A stretch of 47,293 bases of DNA from Cyanobacteriota bacterium (GCA_033764955.1 JANRIL010000013.1:1-47293); one strand, 5' to 3'. Shown: positions 22,337 to 32,418, counted from the first letter of the stretch. The notes: generated from the sequence alone by a model not told the origin. A program made the numbers and translations.

Positions 22337-24076
22337 CTAGGCTTTCGGTTTCCACTCCTTAATCATCCACGGTTCGAGATCCCAGGGGGTGGTCAAAACA
22401 TCCTGCAAGCGATTACTGACAGCGGAAGGACTGGCACGGTTCACCAAAGGCATCACCGCAACATCGTTAATCAAAAAGTCATTCATAGCAATAAAGGCGG
22501 CGGCTCGTTTCGCCGGATCCAATTCTGCTAAGCCTGCATTCATCAACTTGTCATATTCGGGGTTGCAGTAGCGCGACACATTATTGACTGACCAGTTGTT
22601 TTCTTTTTGGGCAATGGCATCACAGGAATAAAGATCCATGTAGCTGCGACCCGGATCCGGATTTTCATTGCCCGTGGTGAACATTTGCAGGTCAGCGTAA
22701 AAATGTCCGGTGTTGTCGTTGTTGGCAGGCTCGCTATCAAAGTAGATGCTGGCGTCCGTACTCTTTAGCTCCACTTCTACACCAATTTGACCCAAAGATT
22801 GCTTGATAATTTCCTGAGTTTTTTGTCGCAGGGGATTCACTGATGTTTGGAACAACACCTTCATTTCAACACCATCTTTATCCCGCACCTTGTTGTTGTT
22901 GGTGTCCTTCCAGCCAGCTTCATCCAAAAGTGCCGCCGCTTTTTCTAGGTTGTATTCGTAGGCGGTGTTTTTGGAGGCAACATTTTCTGGGGCAGCCAAG
23001 AAATTGGCCGTGGCTTGCCCAGCTTTGCCATAAAGCTGATTGGCAATCGTGTCTCGATCCATCGCCAAATTAAAGGCTTGCCTCACCTTCAAATCGCTAA
23101 AGAAAGGGTGCTTGGTGCTCTTGTGGGCGCGTTCTCCATCCACCTCTTGGTTGGGATCCGCAAACTGGAACATGATCCGCTCCACATCTGGCCCTGGTTT
23201 GGGATAGACATACCCCATCCCGGCGGCTTCCATTTGTCCTAACACAGAAGCTTCCACCTGAACGTTCCAGGCATAGTCAGCATCTCCGGTCTGTAACACC
23301 GCCCGTGCCGCCGAGGTGGCATCCCCGCCCCCCTTCAGTTCCAGCCGCTTAAAATAGGGCTTGCCAGGTTCGCGGAAATTGGGATTGGCTTCATACACCG
23401 CCACATCCCCCGGCTTAAATTCCACCAATTTGAACGGACCAGTGCCAATGGGAGCTAAGTTGGCAGGTGCTTCCCGTGATTTCGCCCCCAAAAAGGGTTC
23501 AAAAATATGTTTTGGCAAAATCTGTCCGTTGATCCCGACAAACGGCGATGCCCAAGCAGCAGTCGGTTCCTTAAAGGTAATTTTGACCGTAGTGGGATCC
23601 ACCGCTTCGACACTAGCAATCCCCTCGTAGCTGGAGGTGGTGACGGCAGCAGATTCCGGATCGGTGATGAAGGTATAGGTAAACACCACATCATCGGCGG
23701 TAAAGGGCTGTCCATCCGACCATTTCACATCCGGTTTCAGCTTCCAGGTGACGGTTTTGTAGTCACTGCTGATGCCGCCGTTTTCCACCGTGGGAGCTTC
23801 CGCCGCTAAAATCGGGATGAGGGTTCCACTCCGGTCAAAACTGGCCAATGGTTCATAGGTGATGCGGCTGGCTTCAAAATCTTTGGTTCCTGTGGAGAGA
23901 TGGGGATTCAAGATGGTGGGAGCCTGCCAATAAAGCATCCGCAAGGTGTCGGCTGATTGGGCTTGCACAGGAGTCCAAAGACTCAAGCCACCCATCATGA
24001 CGATTAGGGGGAACATTAACGGAATGATCAACAGGCGCATCTTAAGTAACCGCGACCGAAATATCTGCCAACTCAT
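22337..24076 (-). CDS. Peptide ABC transporter substrate-binding protein (SBP family 5)
   Basis: Signal peptide, WQAPTILNPHL, WSDGQPFTADDVVFT, PIGTGPF, VRQAFNLAMDR. Confidence 0.92.
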   Translation of the reverse strand: MSWQIFRSRLLKMRLLIIPLMFPLIVMMGGLSLWTPVQAQSADTLRMLYWQAPTILNPHLSTGTKDFEASRITYEPLASFDRSGTLIPILAAEAPTVENGGISSDYKTVTWKLKPDVKWSDGQPFTADDVVFTYTFITDPESAAVTTSSYEGIASVEAVDPTTVKITFKEPTAAWASPFVGINGQILPKHIFEPFLGAKSREAPANLAPIGTGPFKLVEFKPGDVAVYEANPNFREPGKPYFKRLELKGGGDATSAARAVLQTGDADYAWNVQVEASVLGQMEAAGMGYVYPKPGPDVERIMFQFADPNQEVDGERAHKSTKHPFFSDLKVRQAFNLAMDRDTIANQLYGKAGQATANFLAAPENVASKNTAYEYNLEKAAALLDEAGWKDTNNNKVRDKDGVEMKVLFQTSVNPLRQKTQEIIKQSLGQIGVEVELKSTDASIYFDSEPANNDNTGHFYADLQMFTTGNENPDPGRSYMDLYSCDAIAQKENNWSVNNVSRYCNPEYDKLMNAGLAELDPAKRAAAFIAMNDFLINDVAVMPLVNRASPSAVSNRLQDVLTTPWDLEPWMIKEWKPKA

Positions 24077-24607
24077 GAAAAACTACCTCGTTTGTTTGGA
24101 ATAAATAAAGCTTGGAAGGGATCCCATTGCCGATTTTTATCTGCTAGCTGAGACAATCGGTGGGAGAGAAGCGTTGCTAGCCGTCTGTCTTACATAGACT
24201 AAATTCCCCCCTGAGCTTGATGCCCTGAGACTGATTCTGGCCTGACAAAAGTTCCCTAAACCGTGATGTAGGGGGTTATCCTTTGCGATTGTTGACAACT
24301 CCTGACCTTTGAGGGGGATATACGGATCGGCGTATGACAAACCCTATCATTAGCAGATTTTGACCAGAAATCTACCAAGGCTATAGAGTAGCAGTAACTT
24401 GCCAAAATTATGTGGCAACCTATACCGTCTGCCTAGGGCAAGCTGGCTATCTTCAACAATTCTTAAAGCCCTCCTCGGCATTTTTGAAATGGGCATTTTT
24501 GACCGGACTTTATTAACAGATTGGGGATCCCTTCTCAGTTGCTTGATTTAACCGATAAACTATGTCAGATCTGCCGCCATAGTTAGGGGATTAAGCGTTG
24601 CCCATCA

Positions 24608-24626
24608 CCCACCCACCCACCCGCCC
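24608..24626 (-). repeat. (CCCA)n/(GGGT)n tract with G-quadruplex potential
   Basis: CCCACCCACCCACCCGCCC gives five G3 runs with 1-nt loops on the minus strand. Confidence 0.6.
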
Positions 24627-24726
24627 ATCCGCCCGCCGCCTCCTTGTCTGTGGCGTGAATTCTCCTCAAGGGATCCCCTTTGCCCTCAGCCCATGCCCTA
24701 CCCCGCATCGAGGAACCCCCTGAGCT

Positions 24727-25758
24727 ATGGGTCGATTATTGGAAGTAAGCCATCTGCAAACCCGCTTTTTTACCCAAGATGGTGTGGTGCAAGCCGTTAA
24801 CGACGTGTCCTTCACCCTGGAGGAAGGGGAAACCTTGGGCATTGTCGGCGAATCGGGATCCGGCAAAAGCATCAGTATGCTCTCGCTGATGCGTTTGATT
24901 CCTTCTCCCCCCGGCAAGATTACCCAGGGATCGGTGCGCTTTGAGGGTCACGATTTGCTCACGCTGTCGGAAGCCCAGATGCGGCGGATTCGAGGGAACA
25001 AGATTGCCATGATCTTTCAAGATCCCATGACATCCCTCAATCCGGTGCTGCGGGTGAGTCGGCAGATTATGGAAGCCCTGCAATTACACTGTGGCATGAG
25101 TGCGGAGCAGGCTCGGCAACGGGCGATTGAATTGTTGGAGTTGGTAGGGATCCCGGCGGCACGGGAGCGAGTGGATCACTATCCCCATCAGTTTTCCGGC
25201 GGGATGCGACAACGGGTGATGATTGCGATGGGGCTATCCTGTCGGCCTCGCCTGTTGATTGCTGATGAACCCACCACCGCGTTAGATGTGACGATTCAGG
25301 CCCAAATTGTCGAGTTGATCAAACAACTGCGGGATGAAATCGGCATGGCGATCATCTGGATTACCCATGATCTGGCTTTCTTGGCGGGGATCGCCGACCG
25401 GATTTTGGTGATGTATGCCGGGCAGGTGGTGGAAGAAGCCCCCTTACATGCCCTCTACAAAACCCCCCGCCACCCCTACACCATTGGTCTGCTACAAAGT
25501 ATCCCCCGTTTGGATGCGGCTCGACCTGTGCGCCTCCAACCGATTGAAGGCTTGCCCCCCGATCTGATCCACTATCCCCAAGGCTGTCCGTTTGCCCCCC
25601 GTTGTCGGTTTGCGGTGGAGCGTTGCCAACAGGAGGATCCCCCATTGGAAGCGGTTGAGCCGCAGCATCACGTCGCCTGTTGGGTCAAACCAGAGGGATC
25701 CCAATACCTGGAGGGATGGGGCGGGGAGGAAAGGGTGGAGAGCCAGAACCATGCTTAA
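24727..25758 (+). CDS. Peptide ABC transporter ATP-binding protein (OppD/DppD type)
   Basis: [46 protein letters not shown]-terminal GCPFAPRC. Confidence 0.93.
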   Translation: MGRLLEVSHLQTRFFTQDGVVQAVNDVSFTLEEGETLGIVGESGSGKSISMLSLMRLIPSPPGKITQGSVRFEGHDLLTLSEAQMRRIRGNKIAMIFQDPMTSLNPVLRVSRQIMEALQLHCGMSAEQARQRAIELLELVGIPAARERVDHYPHQFSGGMRQRVMIAMGLSCRPRLLIADEPTTALDVTIQAQIVELIKQLRDEIGMAIIWITHDLAFLAGIADRILVMYAGQVVEEAPLHALYKTPRHPYTIGLLQSIPRLDAARPVRLQPIEGLPPDLIHYPQGCPFAPRCRFAVERCQQEDPPLEAVEPQHHVACWVKPEGSQYLEGWGGEERVESQNHA

Positions 25759-26767
25759 CGCCCCCAGCCCCCCGAATCAGTCGGTTGCTACCCAACCCCT
25801 TGTGCGGGTAGAAAATTTGCAGATGCACTTTCCCATTTGGCAGGGACTTCTGCTGAAGCGACAGGTGGGATCCATCAAAGCGGTGGATGGTCTCGATTTT
25901 CAGATTTATCGGGGAGAAACCCTCGGCTTAGTGGGAGAGTCGGGCTGTGGCAAAAGTACGACCGGACGCCTGTTGCTGCAACTGATTCGCCCCACCGCCG
26001 GACATGTCTATTTTGAAGATGTCGATCTCACCCAACTAGAGGGAGAAGAGCTGCGGTTGATGCGCCGCCGCTTGCAAATGGTGTTTCAGGATCCCTACGC
26101 CTCCCTCAACCCCCGCCAGACCGTCGGATCGATCGTCGGGGAACCCCTGACGGTTTTTCATATCGCCAACGGGCAAGAGCAACAGCAACGGGTCAAGGAG
26201 CTCTTGCAGGTGGTAGGACTCAACCCCAGCTTTATCCATCGCTATCCCCACGAGTTTTCGGGGGGGCAGCGGCAACGGATTGTGATCGCCCGCGCCTTGG
26301 CTCTCAATCCTGATTTTGTGGTGTGTGACGAACCCATTTCGGCCTTGGATGTCTCGATTCAGGCGCAGGTGGTCAACCTCCTAGAGGAATTACAGGAGCA
26401 ATTTGGCCTGACCTATCTGTTTATTGCCCATGATTTAAGCGTGGTTCGTCACATCTCGGATCGGGTGGCTGTCATGTATTTGGGCAAAATCGTCGAACTC
26501 GCCGATCGCCATGAACTTTATGACCATCCCCTTCATCCCTATACCCAAGCCCTCCTTTCGGCGGTGCCAATTCCCGACCCGGTGATCGAAGCCAAACGGG
26601 AGCGGATCATCTTGCAGGGGGATGTGCCCAGTCCCGTCAGCCCACCCCAAGGATGCCGTTTTCATACCCGTTGTCCGGTAGCCATGGATGTCTGTCGTCA
26701 TGCTCCCGCTCCGGTCTTTCAAGATGCTGGGGGGGGGCACTTCGTGGCCTGTCACCTGGTGGGGTGA
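25751..26767 (+). CDS. Peptide ABC transporter ATP-binding protein (OppF/DppF type)
   Basis: [44 protein letters not shown]. The ATG at 25751 overlaps the end of the previous gene. Confidence 0.93.
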   Translation: MLNAPSPPNQSVATQPLVRVENLQMHFPIWQGLLLKRQVGSIKAVDGLDFQIYRGETLGLVGESGCGKSTTGRLLLQLIRPTAGHVYFEDVDLTQLEGEELRLMRRRLQMVFQDPYASLNPRQTVGSIVGEPLTVFHIANGQEQQQRVKELLQVVGLNPSFIHRYPHEFSGGQRQRIVIARALALNPDFVVCDEPISALDVSIQAQVVNLLEELQEQFGLTYLFIAHDLSVVRHISDRVAVMYLGKIVELADRHELYDHPLHPYTQALLSAVPIPDPVIEAKRERIILQGDVPSPVSPPQGCRFHTRCPVAMDVCRHAPAPVFQDAGGGHFVACHLVG

Positions 26768-26898
26768 ACTACCCCGCCCAGAAGGGGATGGGGAGTTCCG
26801 GGCAATCTTGTTAAAAGGGGGAATGCGGAGTCGGGGAATAGGGATCCCTTGATAACGCCTATAATAAGCCAGGAAGCGGCTTTCGCGGTTTTGTAGTT

Positions 26899-28896
26899 AT
26901 GCCCCCCCAGCCTCAAGGATTTTCCCGCCCGCCAAACTCTCTGGGATCCCCCTCCCCTCAACAGGTGCAGCACTGGCTAGCCGCCGCCTGTGATCACCAT
27001 CAGCAGGGAAACCTAGCCGAGGCTGAACGGGGTTATCAAACCGTCCTCAAGGCAATGCCCCATCATCCCGAAGCCCTTCATCTCTACGGGGTTTTGCAGC
27101 AGCAGATCGGGGCGTTACCAGAGGCGATTCGCTTGATGCAACAAGCCATCAGCCTGCAACCCAACTATGCCGATGCCCACTATAATCTAGCGATTGCCCT
27201 GAAAACGGCAGGGCGCTTGTCAGAGGCCATCGCCAGCTTCCGGCAGGCTTTGCGTTGGGATCCTGGGGATCCCGAACTACTCTTTAACCTAGGCATGACT
27301 CAGCGCTTAGCTGGAGAGCTACCCGCCGCTATTGAGAGTTTGCGGGCAGCTCTTCGTTTGCGCCCCCATTATGGCGAGGCTGCCTGCGGGTTAGGAATTG
27401 CTCTGCGGGATGTGGGGGAGGAGGAAGCCGCCCGTCAGATATTTCGGCAGGCTCTGGAATGGGATCCCCAGGATGTGGCGGCAGGATTAGGCTGGTGTGT
27501 GGCGCATTTGCCGATCATTTATCCCGATTCCCCCAGCATCCTGCTGGCACGCCAGGGCTATCAGCAAGCCTTGCAGGAGTTGACTCAGCGGTTGGATCTG
27601 CGGGATCCCACTACCCTAGAGCGGGCGGCAGCAGCGGTGGGGGTGACCCAACCGTTTTATTTGCCCTATCAAGGTCAAAATGATCGCTCCCTGCAAACCC
27701 TTTATGGACAATGGCTGGGTCGGATCATGGCCGCTCGCTATCCCCAGTGGAGCCTGCCTCTAGCAGTTCCGCCCCTGCCTCCCCGCATTAAGGTCGGATT
27801 CGTTTCTGGATTTTTTCGCGATCATTCCGTCTGGAAGATTCTCAGTAAGGGCTGGATCGAGCAACTGAATCGCCAGCAATTTAGTGTGCATTTGTTTCAT
27901 ACTTCCGCTCAACAGGATGCGATCACGCTAGGCATTGCTCAGCAAGTGGATCAATGGGTAGAAGGCTATGGGTTTGAGGAGCTTTGCCAGCAAATCCGAG
28001 AGGCGCATTTGCATGTCATCATTTATCCCGAACTGGGCATGGATCCCTTAAGTCTCCGGCTGGCAACGTTGCGGTTAGCACCTGTGCAATGTATGGCTTG
28101 GGGACATCCCGAAACTTCAGGATTAACTACGATTGACTATTTTTTAAGCAGTGATGAAATGGAAAGTCCGGCAGGGGCTGATCACTACACAGAAACGTTA
28201 ATTCGTCTGCCCCATCTCAGCACTTACTATACCCCTCAGTCCGTCACTCCGGCGGCTCTCGATTTCGGGCAGTGGGGAATCGAACCGGATAGGATCCATT
28301 ATCTTTGTGCCCAGTCATTATTTAAGTATTTGCCGGAATACGATCAGGTGTTTAGCCGGATTGCCCAGCAAGTTCCCTCCTGTCAGTTTTTGTTTTTGCA
28401 GGGACAACTCTCTGCTGCTTTAGTGGAGCGATTTCGCCAACGGTTGCAACGAAATTTCGCCGAATATGGACTCGATGCTCAGGATCATGTGGTGATACTT
28501 CCCCCCCTCAATCCTCAAGAATATGCCGCCTACAATGCCCTCGCAGATATTTATTTAGACAGTATTGGCTGGTCAGGGGGCAATACCACCTTAGAGTCAC
28601 TGCCCTTTCAAATACCTATGGTTACCCTGCCGGGATCCCTGATGCGTTCTCGCCATACGGCAGCTATCCTCCACCAAATGGGGATCCCTGAACTGATTGC
28701 CACTAATGTGGAGGACTATATCCAGCTAGCTATCCGTTTGGGGAAAGATCCTGATTATCGGCAAGCAATAGCCAACCAAATTGCTGAAAACAGGCATCGA
28801 GTTTATCAGGATTTGGCTCCCATTACCGCCTTAGAAAAATTTCTAACCGAGGTTGTTTCCCAACCCATAAAGTTAGTTAATAAACAGTGTGGGTAG
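26899..28896 (+). CDS. TPR-containing O-GlcNAc transferase / SPINDLY family (GT41) protein
   Basis: About five TPRs, then GFVSGFF.DHSV, RLAPVQC..WGHPETSG..TIDYF, QSLFKY.P, WSGGNTTLE. Confidence 0.85.
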   Translation: MPPQPQGFSRPPNSLGSPSPQQVQHWLAAACDHHQQGNLAEAERGYQTVLKAMPHHPEALHLYGVLQQQIGALPEAIRLMQQAISLQPNYADAHYNLAIALKTAGRLSEAIASFRQALRWDPGDPELLFNLGMTQRLAGELPAAIESLRAALRLRPHYGEAACGLGIALRDVGEEEAARQIFRQALEWDPQDVAAGLGWCVAHLPIIYPDSPSILLARQGYQQALQELTQRLDLRDPTTLERAAAAVGVTQPFYLPYQGQNDRSLQTLYGQWLGRIMAARYPQWSLPLAVPPLPPRIKVGFVSGFFRDHSVWKILSKGWIEQLNRQQFSVHLFHTSAQQDAITLGIAQQVDQWVEGYGFEELCQQIREAHLHVIIYPELGMDPLSLRLATLRLAPVQCMAWGHPETSGLTTIDYFLSSDEMESPAGADHYTETLIRLPHLSTYYTPQSVTPAALDFGQWGIEPDRIHYLCAQSLFKYLPEYDQVFSRIAQQVPSCQFLFLQGQLSAALVERFRQRLQRNFAEYGLDAQDHVVILPPLNPQEYAAYNALADIYLDSIGWSGGNTTLESLPFQIPMVTLPGSLMRSRHTAAILHQMGIPELIATNVEDYIQLAIRLGKDPDYRQAIANQIAENRHRVYQDLAPITALEKFLTEVVSQPIKLVNKQCG

Positions 28897-29022
28897 ATAA
28901 GGGATTAGTTTTCTGCTGTATTGATGATGCGCCTTCCCCCCATACCTCTTGAACCCAATTCCTTGATTCCTTTCCCTGATCTCTGCTTTAGTGAAAGCTA
29001 GCTCAAATCCGTATGGCAGCTC

Positions 29023-30585
29023 ATGTTCAATCGATTGGGATCCCGCAAACTCTGGGGCTTCTTTCTGGTGGGAAATCTGGCTTTGGCTCTGGCGAGTCCC
29101 TCGCCTACCTCCGCAGGCCCCTTGCCCCCTCCGGTGTGGGGGGATCCCAGTTGTGCCGTTGCTCCGGCTGAGCGGGTGGCCAAACGAGAACTGTTGCAGG
29201 AAAGCTTAGGGGATCCCGCCCGCTTGCCCGCCTACCAGGCCAAACTGGCGGCCCATCGTCTCACCCTTGCCCGTTGTCGCGCCCAAACTTGGCCGACGAC
29301 CCAGGCCACTTGGCTGCGCCTATACGCCTATGACGCCCAACCGGGGGTTTTAGCCGATGTTTTGGATCGGATTGTCAATCGGGGCTATAACCGAGTTTTT
29401 GTGGAAGTTTTTTATGACGGACGGGTGCTTTTGCCCGTCAACGCCAACCCTACCCCTTGGCGCTCTGTTTTGCAGGAGGCGGTTGCGGAGGGGCAGGTGG
29501 ATGCCAACAGGGATCTCTGGGCCGAAACGGTTCGTCTCGCCCATGAGCGAGGGTTGGAAGTCTATGGCTGGATGTTTGCCCTTAACTTTGGCTATGGCTA
29601 CAGCGACGATCCTCGCCGCGCCCCTGTCTTTGCCCGCAACGGAGCCGGAGAAAGTAGCATTGCCCAAGCCCGTTTCGACCCTGCGCTGCTCAAAGACGGA
29701 CGAGCCTTCTACGAAGATGCCTACGAAACCGAACACCTTTTTGTAGATCCCTATCATCCCAAAGCCCAGGCGGATTTGCTGGCCGCCGTCAAAGCGATGC
29801 TACTCCCGCAACCAAACGGGATCCTTTTTGACTACATCCGCTACCCCACGCCTTTGGCGGCTGATACGTTGGTGACCCAACCTCAGGATCTGTGGATTTA
29901 TGGGGAAGCCTCCCAGCAAGCCCTCCAGCAGCGATTCGCAAGCCCTCAGCAGCAAGCCCTGCTGCAAAGATTTTTGGCAACAGGTCGCCTAACCCCTGAA
30001 GATATTGCTCAAACCGACTTGTCTTTTGCCGATTCTCTGCCCTGGTTTGCTACCGATCCCTTTTGGTCAGAAAGGCAGCGCGCCGAGAAGTATCAAGCCT
30101 ATTTTTGGCAACAAGTTGTGGAACATGCTTACTCCGGTGTCTTACAGTTTTTGCAGACAGTTAGCGAGTCAGCTCTCCAACAAGGGATCTCGGTGGGTGG
30201 AGTGTTTTTCCCAGGGGGAAATCGGGCGGAATCGGGCGGATTTGATGCGCGGATGCAGCCGTGGGATCGCTTTCCCAGCAACATCGAGCGCCATCCCATG
30301 AGCTATGCCATTTGTCAGGATGGGGGAGCTGATTGTGTCGCCGCACAGGTCGGGGATGTTTTGCAACAATCCTTGCCAGCTACCCTGGTTTGTCCGGTCT
30401 TAGCAGGCACGTGGGGGCAATCGTTTGGTGGACACGCTAGTCTAGAGGTGCAAATGCAGGCGATTCAATCGGCTCATCCTCAACTGACCTGCATCAGCCA
30501 TTTTGTTTATGCCTGGATGGAACCGGATTCTGATCGAGATCGCAAGGCTGGAATTGGCCTAGGAGATTGGGTAGATGAGGACTAG
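29023..30585 (+). CDS. Exported glycosyl hydrolase-like 10 (DUF187-type) protein
   Basis: Signal peptide, CRAQTWP..QATWLRLY, GYNRVFVEVFYDG, VYGWMF, GILFDYIRYP. Confidence 0.7.
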   Translation: MFNRLGSRKLWGFFLVGNLALALASPSPTSAGPLPPPVWGDPSCAVAPAERVAKRELLQESLGDPARLPAYQAKLAAHRLTLARCRAQTWPTTQATWLRLYAYDAQPGVLADVLDRIVNRGYNRVFVEVFYDGRVLLPVNANPTPWRSVLQEAVAEGQVDANRDLWAETVRLAHERGLEVYGWMFALNFGYGYSDDPRRAPVFARNGAGESSIAQARFDPALLKDGRAFYEDAYETEHLFVDPYHPKAQADLLAAVKAMLLPQPNGILFDYIRYPTPLAADTLVTQPQDLWIYGEASQQALQQRFASPQQQALLQRFLATGRLTPEDIAQTDLSFADSLPWFATDPFWSERQRAEKYQAYFWQQVVEHAYSGVLQFLQTVSESALQQGISVGGVFFPGGNRAESGGFDARMQPWDRFPSNIERHPMSYAICQDGGADCVAAQVGDVLQQSLPATLVCPVLAGTWGQSFGGHASLEVQMQAIQSAHPQLTCISHFVYAWMEPDSDRDRKAGIGLGDWVDED

Positions 30586-30601
30586 GGTTGATTTAGCTTA
30601 C

Positions 30602-30811
30602 TCGGCGGGAAGCCCCGCACCGTAACCGATAGGGTCGGTGTCGGGATGATAGCCAGGGTCAGCGTACTCCGCACAATTTGGACTAGCCGACCAACTGTTG
30701 CTATGGTGTTTCCAAGTGGGGTTGGGCGTCGCCTCACTATAAAACGCGAAGTCCTGAAAAGGATGGAGAAGCCCACACCGCATGTTTGCATCGGTGATGG
30801 GAGTACGTCAC
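30602..30811 (+). mobile_element. Non-autonomous IS200/IS605-family mini-element (PATE-like), ~210 bp
   Basis: Preceded by TTAC (30598-30601). Left end: GAAG + hairpin CCCGCACCG..CGGTG(T)CGGG (30609-30645). Right end: GAAG + hairpin CCCACACCG..CGGTG(A)TGGG (30768-30801), then terminal TCAC (30808-30811). No terminal inverted repeats, target duplication or transposase ORF. Confidence 0.8.
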
Positions 30812-31941
30812 GGTTTACTCTCCTCAATCAGATCGGCAATAGTTTGGGTGAGGTGGGCAATTTCTGCTTCTGTAGTGAAGTAATGCACAGAGGCTCGTAG
30901 GCAGTAGGGATCCCCTAGCGACCGGAGCAGAATATTTCGCTGGGCTAGCTGGGCTTCCATCCCCACCGGATCTTGTCCAGCTACCGTAAACGAGACCAAG
31001 CCTGACTGGGGTGGATCGGGGCTGAGAATTGTCACCTGTGGGAGCTGGCGAAGGGATTGGGTAAGCAAGCGGCTCAAAGCCAGTTGCTGTTGATAGCGCT
31101 GCTGAGGGGATCCCCATTGGTTATGGATATCCAGGGCTGTTTGCCAGCCCACTAAGAGCGACCAAGCGGTGGTGGCTACTTCAAATTGACGGGCTTCCCC
31201 CGCGCAGGCCAAGGAGCGCCAGCCAACGTAGGTGGGCAGCAGATGGGGGTGAGCTTGCGCCGAAATATAAAGCGCCCCCACACCCGCAGGACCACACAGC
31301 CATTTGTGTCCGGTGAAGGCATAAAAATCAACCCCTTCAGCCTGCATATCTAAAGGCAGAACTCCTACCGACTGGGCAGCATCCACATGCAGGAGCACCC
31401 CCCGTTGATGGCAACAGTCGGCAATCGGGCGCAAGGGCAAAACCCGCCCCGTATTCCACAAAACATGGCTAATCACCACCATGCGGGTGCGATCCGTCAG
31501 GGCAGCGGCTATCGTCGCAACCGGATCGGGGGCGTGCATCAGGGGTAGTAGCACCGTCTCCACCTGAAAACGAGCCTGCAATGACTCAAGAATGGCGAGC
31601 ACCCCAGGATGTTCAGCATCCGATAGAAGGATTTGATCGCCTGCCTGCCAATTGAGTCCCCAGAGGGGAATGTTCATGCCTAGGGTGGTGCTTTCCGTCA
31701 GGCAAATCCGATCAGGGGTCGTTTGCAAAGTAGTGGCGAGCGTCTCCCGCACCCCCTTGGCTTGCGCCTGTACCCAGTTGTTCACCGTTGTACAAAAAGG
31801 CCCTTCTTTCTGCTCATATTCATAGGCTTTTTGAATGGCTTGCACTACCACCTGGGAGAGGGGCCCCTGCCCACCAAAATTAAGATAGGTTTTGTGGGCG
31901 AGTGCTGGAAACTGCTGACGATAGGATGCTCCGTCAATCAT
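30808..31941 (-). CDS. Class V PLP enzyme, cyst(e)ine C-S lyase (C-DES-like)
   Basis: KTYLNFGGQG, EHPG, SHVLWNTG, DAAQSVG, PLP lysine in FTGHKW; no NifS-type mobile-loop Cys motif. Confidence 0.82.
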   Translation of the reverse strand: MIDGASYRQQFPALAHKTYLNFGGQGPLSQVVVQAIQKAYEYEQKEGPFCTTVNNWVQAQAKGVRETLATTLQTTPDRICLTESTTLGMNIPLWGLNWQAGDQILLSDAEHPGVLAILESLQARFQVETVLLPLMHAPDPVATIAAALTDRTRMVVISHVLWNTGRVLPLRPIADCCHQRGVLLHVDAAQSVGVLPLDMQAEGVDFYAFTGHKWLCGPAGVGALYISAQAHPHLLPTYVGWRSLACAGEARQFEVATTAWSLLVGWQTALDIHNQWGSPQQRYQQQLALSRLLTQSLRQLPQVTILSPDPPQSGLVSFTVAGQDPVGMEAQLAQRNILLRSLGDPYCLRASVHYFTTEAEIAHLTQTIADLIEESKP

Positions 31942-32061
31942 GCCATAGGGATCCCTTCAAGGAAGTGCAGATTACAAGCGTAAACCAGAAGTGGGAATCT
32001 ATTTCAGTGCCAATCCAGCAAACGTCATTCAAATCAGTAGAACCAACAGGCCAATCAGGGG

Positions 32062-32418
32062 CTAGAAGGTTTCTGGGTCAGGCATGGCCGACTCCCGATC
32101 CTGGCGGGATCCCAATAAATCTAGGCGCTCGACGCTGATCACAGGTTTTTGCCGATCCTCGCCACTCTGACGGTCTTTCCAGCGATCAAATTTGAGGGAT
32201 CCTGTCACGCCGATCAGACTACCCTTGCGGACATATTCTCCAGCAATCTCAGCGGTGCGCCCCCAAATCTCTAGATCAAACCAATCCGGTTGATCCTCAC
32301 CTTTGCGGCGGCGGTTGACCGCCATGGTAAAGTTGCACACCACTTTTCCCGATTCAAAATAGCGCAGTTCGGGATCCTTACCCGCCCGTCCCACCAGGGT
32401 TACCGTATTCAGGCTCAT
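32062..32418 (-). CDS. ssb: Single-stranded DNA-binding protein
   Basis: LNTVTLVGRAGKDPELRYFESG, WFDLEIWGRTAE, YVRKGSLIGVTG. Confidence 0.95.
   Translation of the reverse strand: MSLNTVTLVGRAGKDPELRYFESGKVVCNFTMAVNRRRKGEDQPDWFDLEIWGRTAEIAGEYVRKGSLIGVTGSLKFDRWKDRQSGEDRQKPVISVERLDLLGSRQDRESAMPDPETF

Noticed and set aside
24077..24600. Riboswitch or NtcA site in the long divergent intergenic region
   Set aside because: A CTGAGA word is present, but the rest of the TPP aptamer is not; I saw no convincing GTA-N8-TAC.
30588..30592. TTGAT (the ISDra2 target motif) as the left boundary of the element
   Set aside because: Excision there would extend the C-DES-like gene into the convergent gene, whereas excision at TTAC restores an exact stop codon.
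30582..30900. Short ORFs across the mini-element (30582..30827, 30598..30783, 30646..30900)
   Set aside because: No TnpA HUH/Tyr or TnpB RuvC/zinc-finger motifs; better explained as non-coding element DNA.
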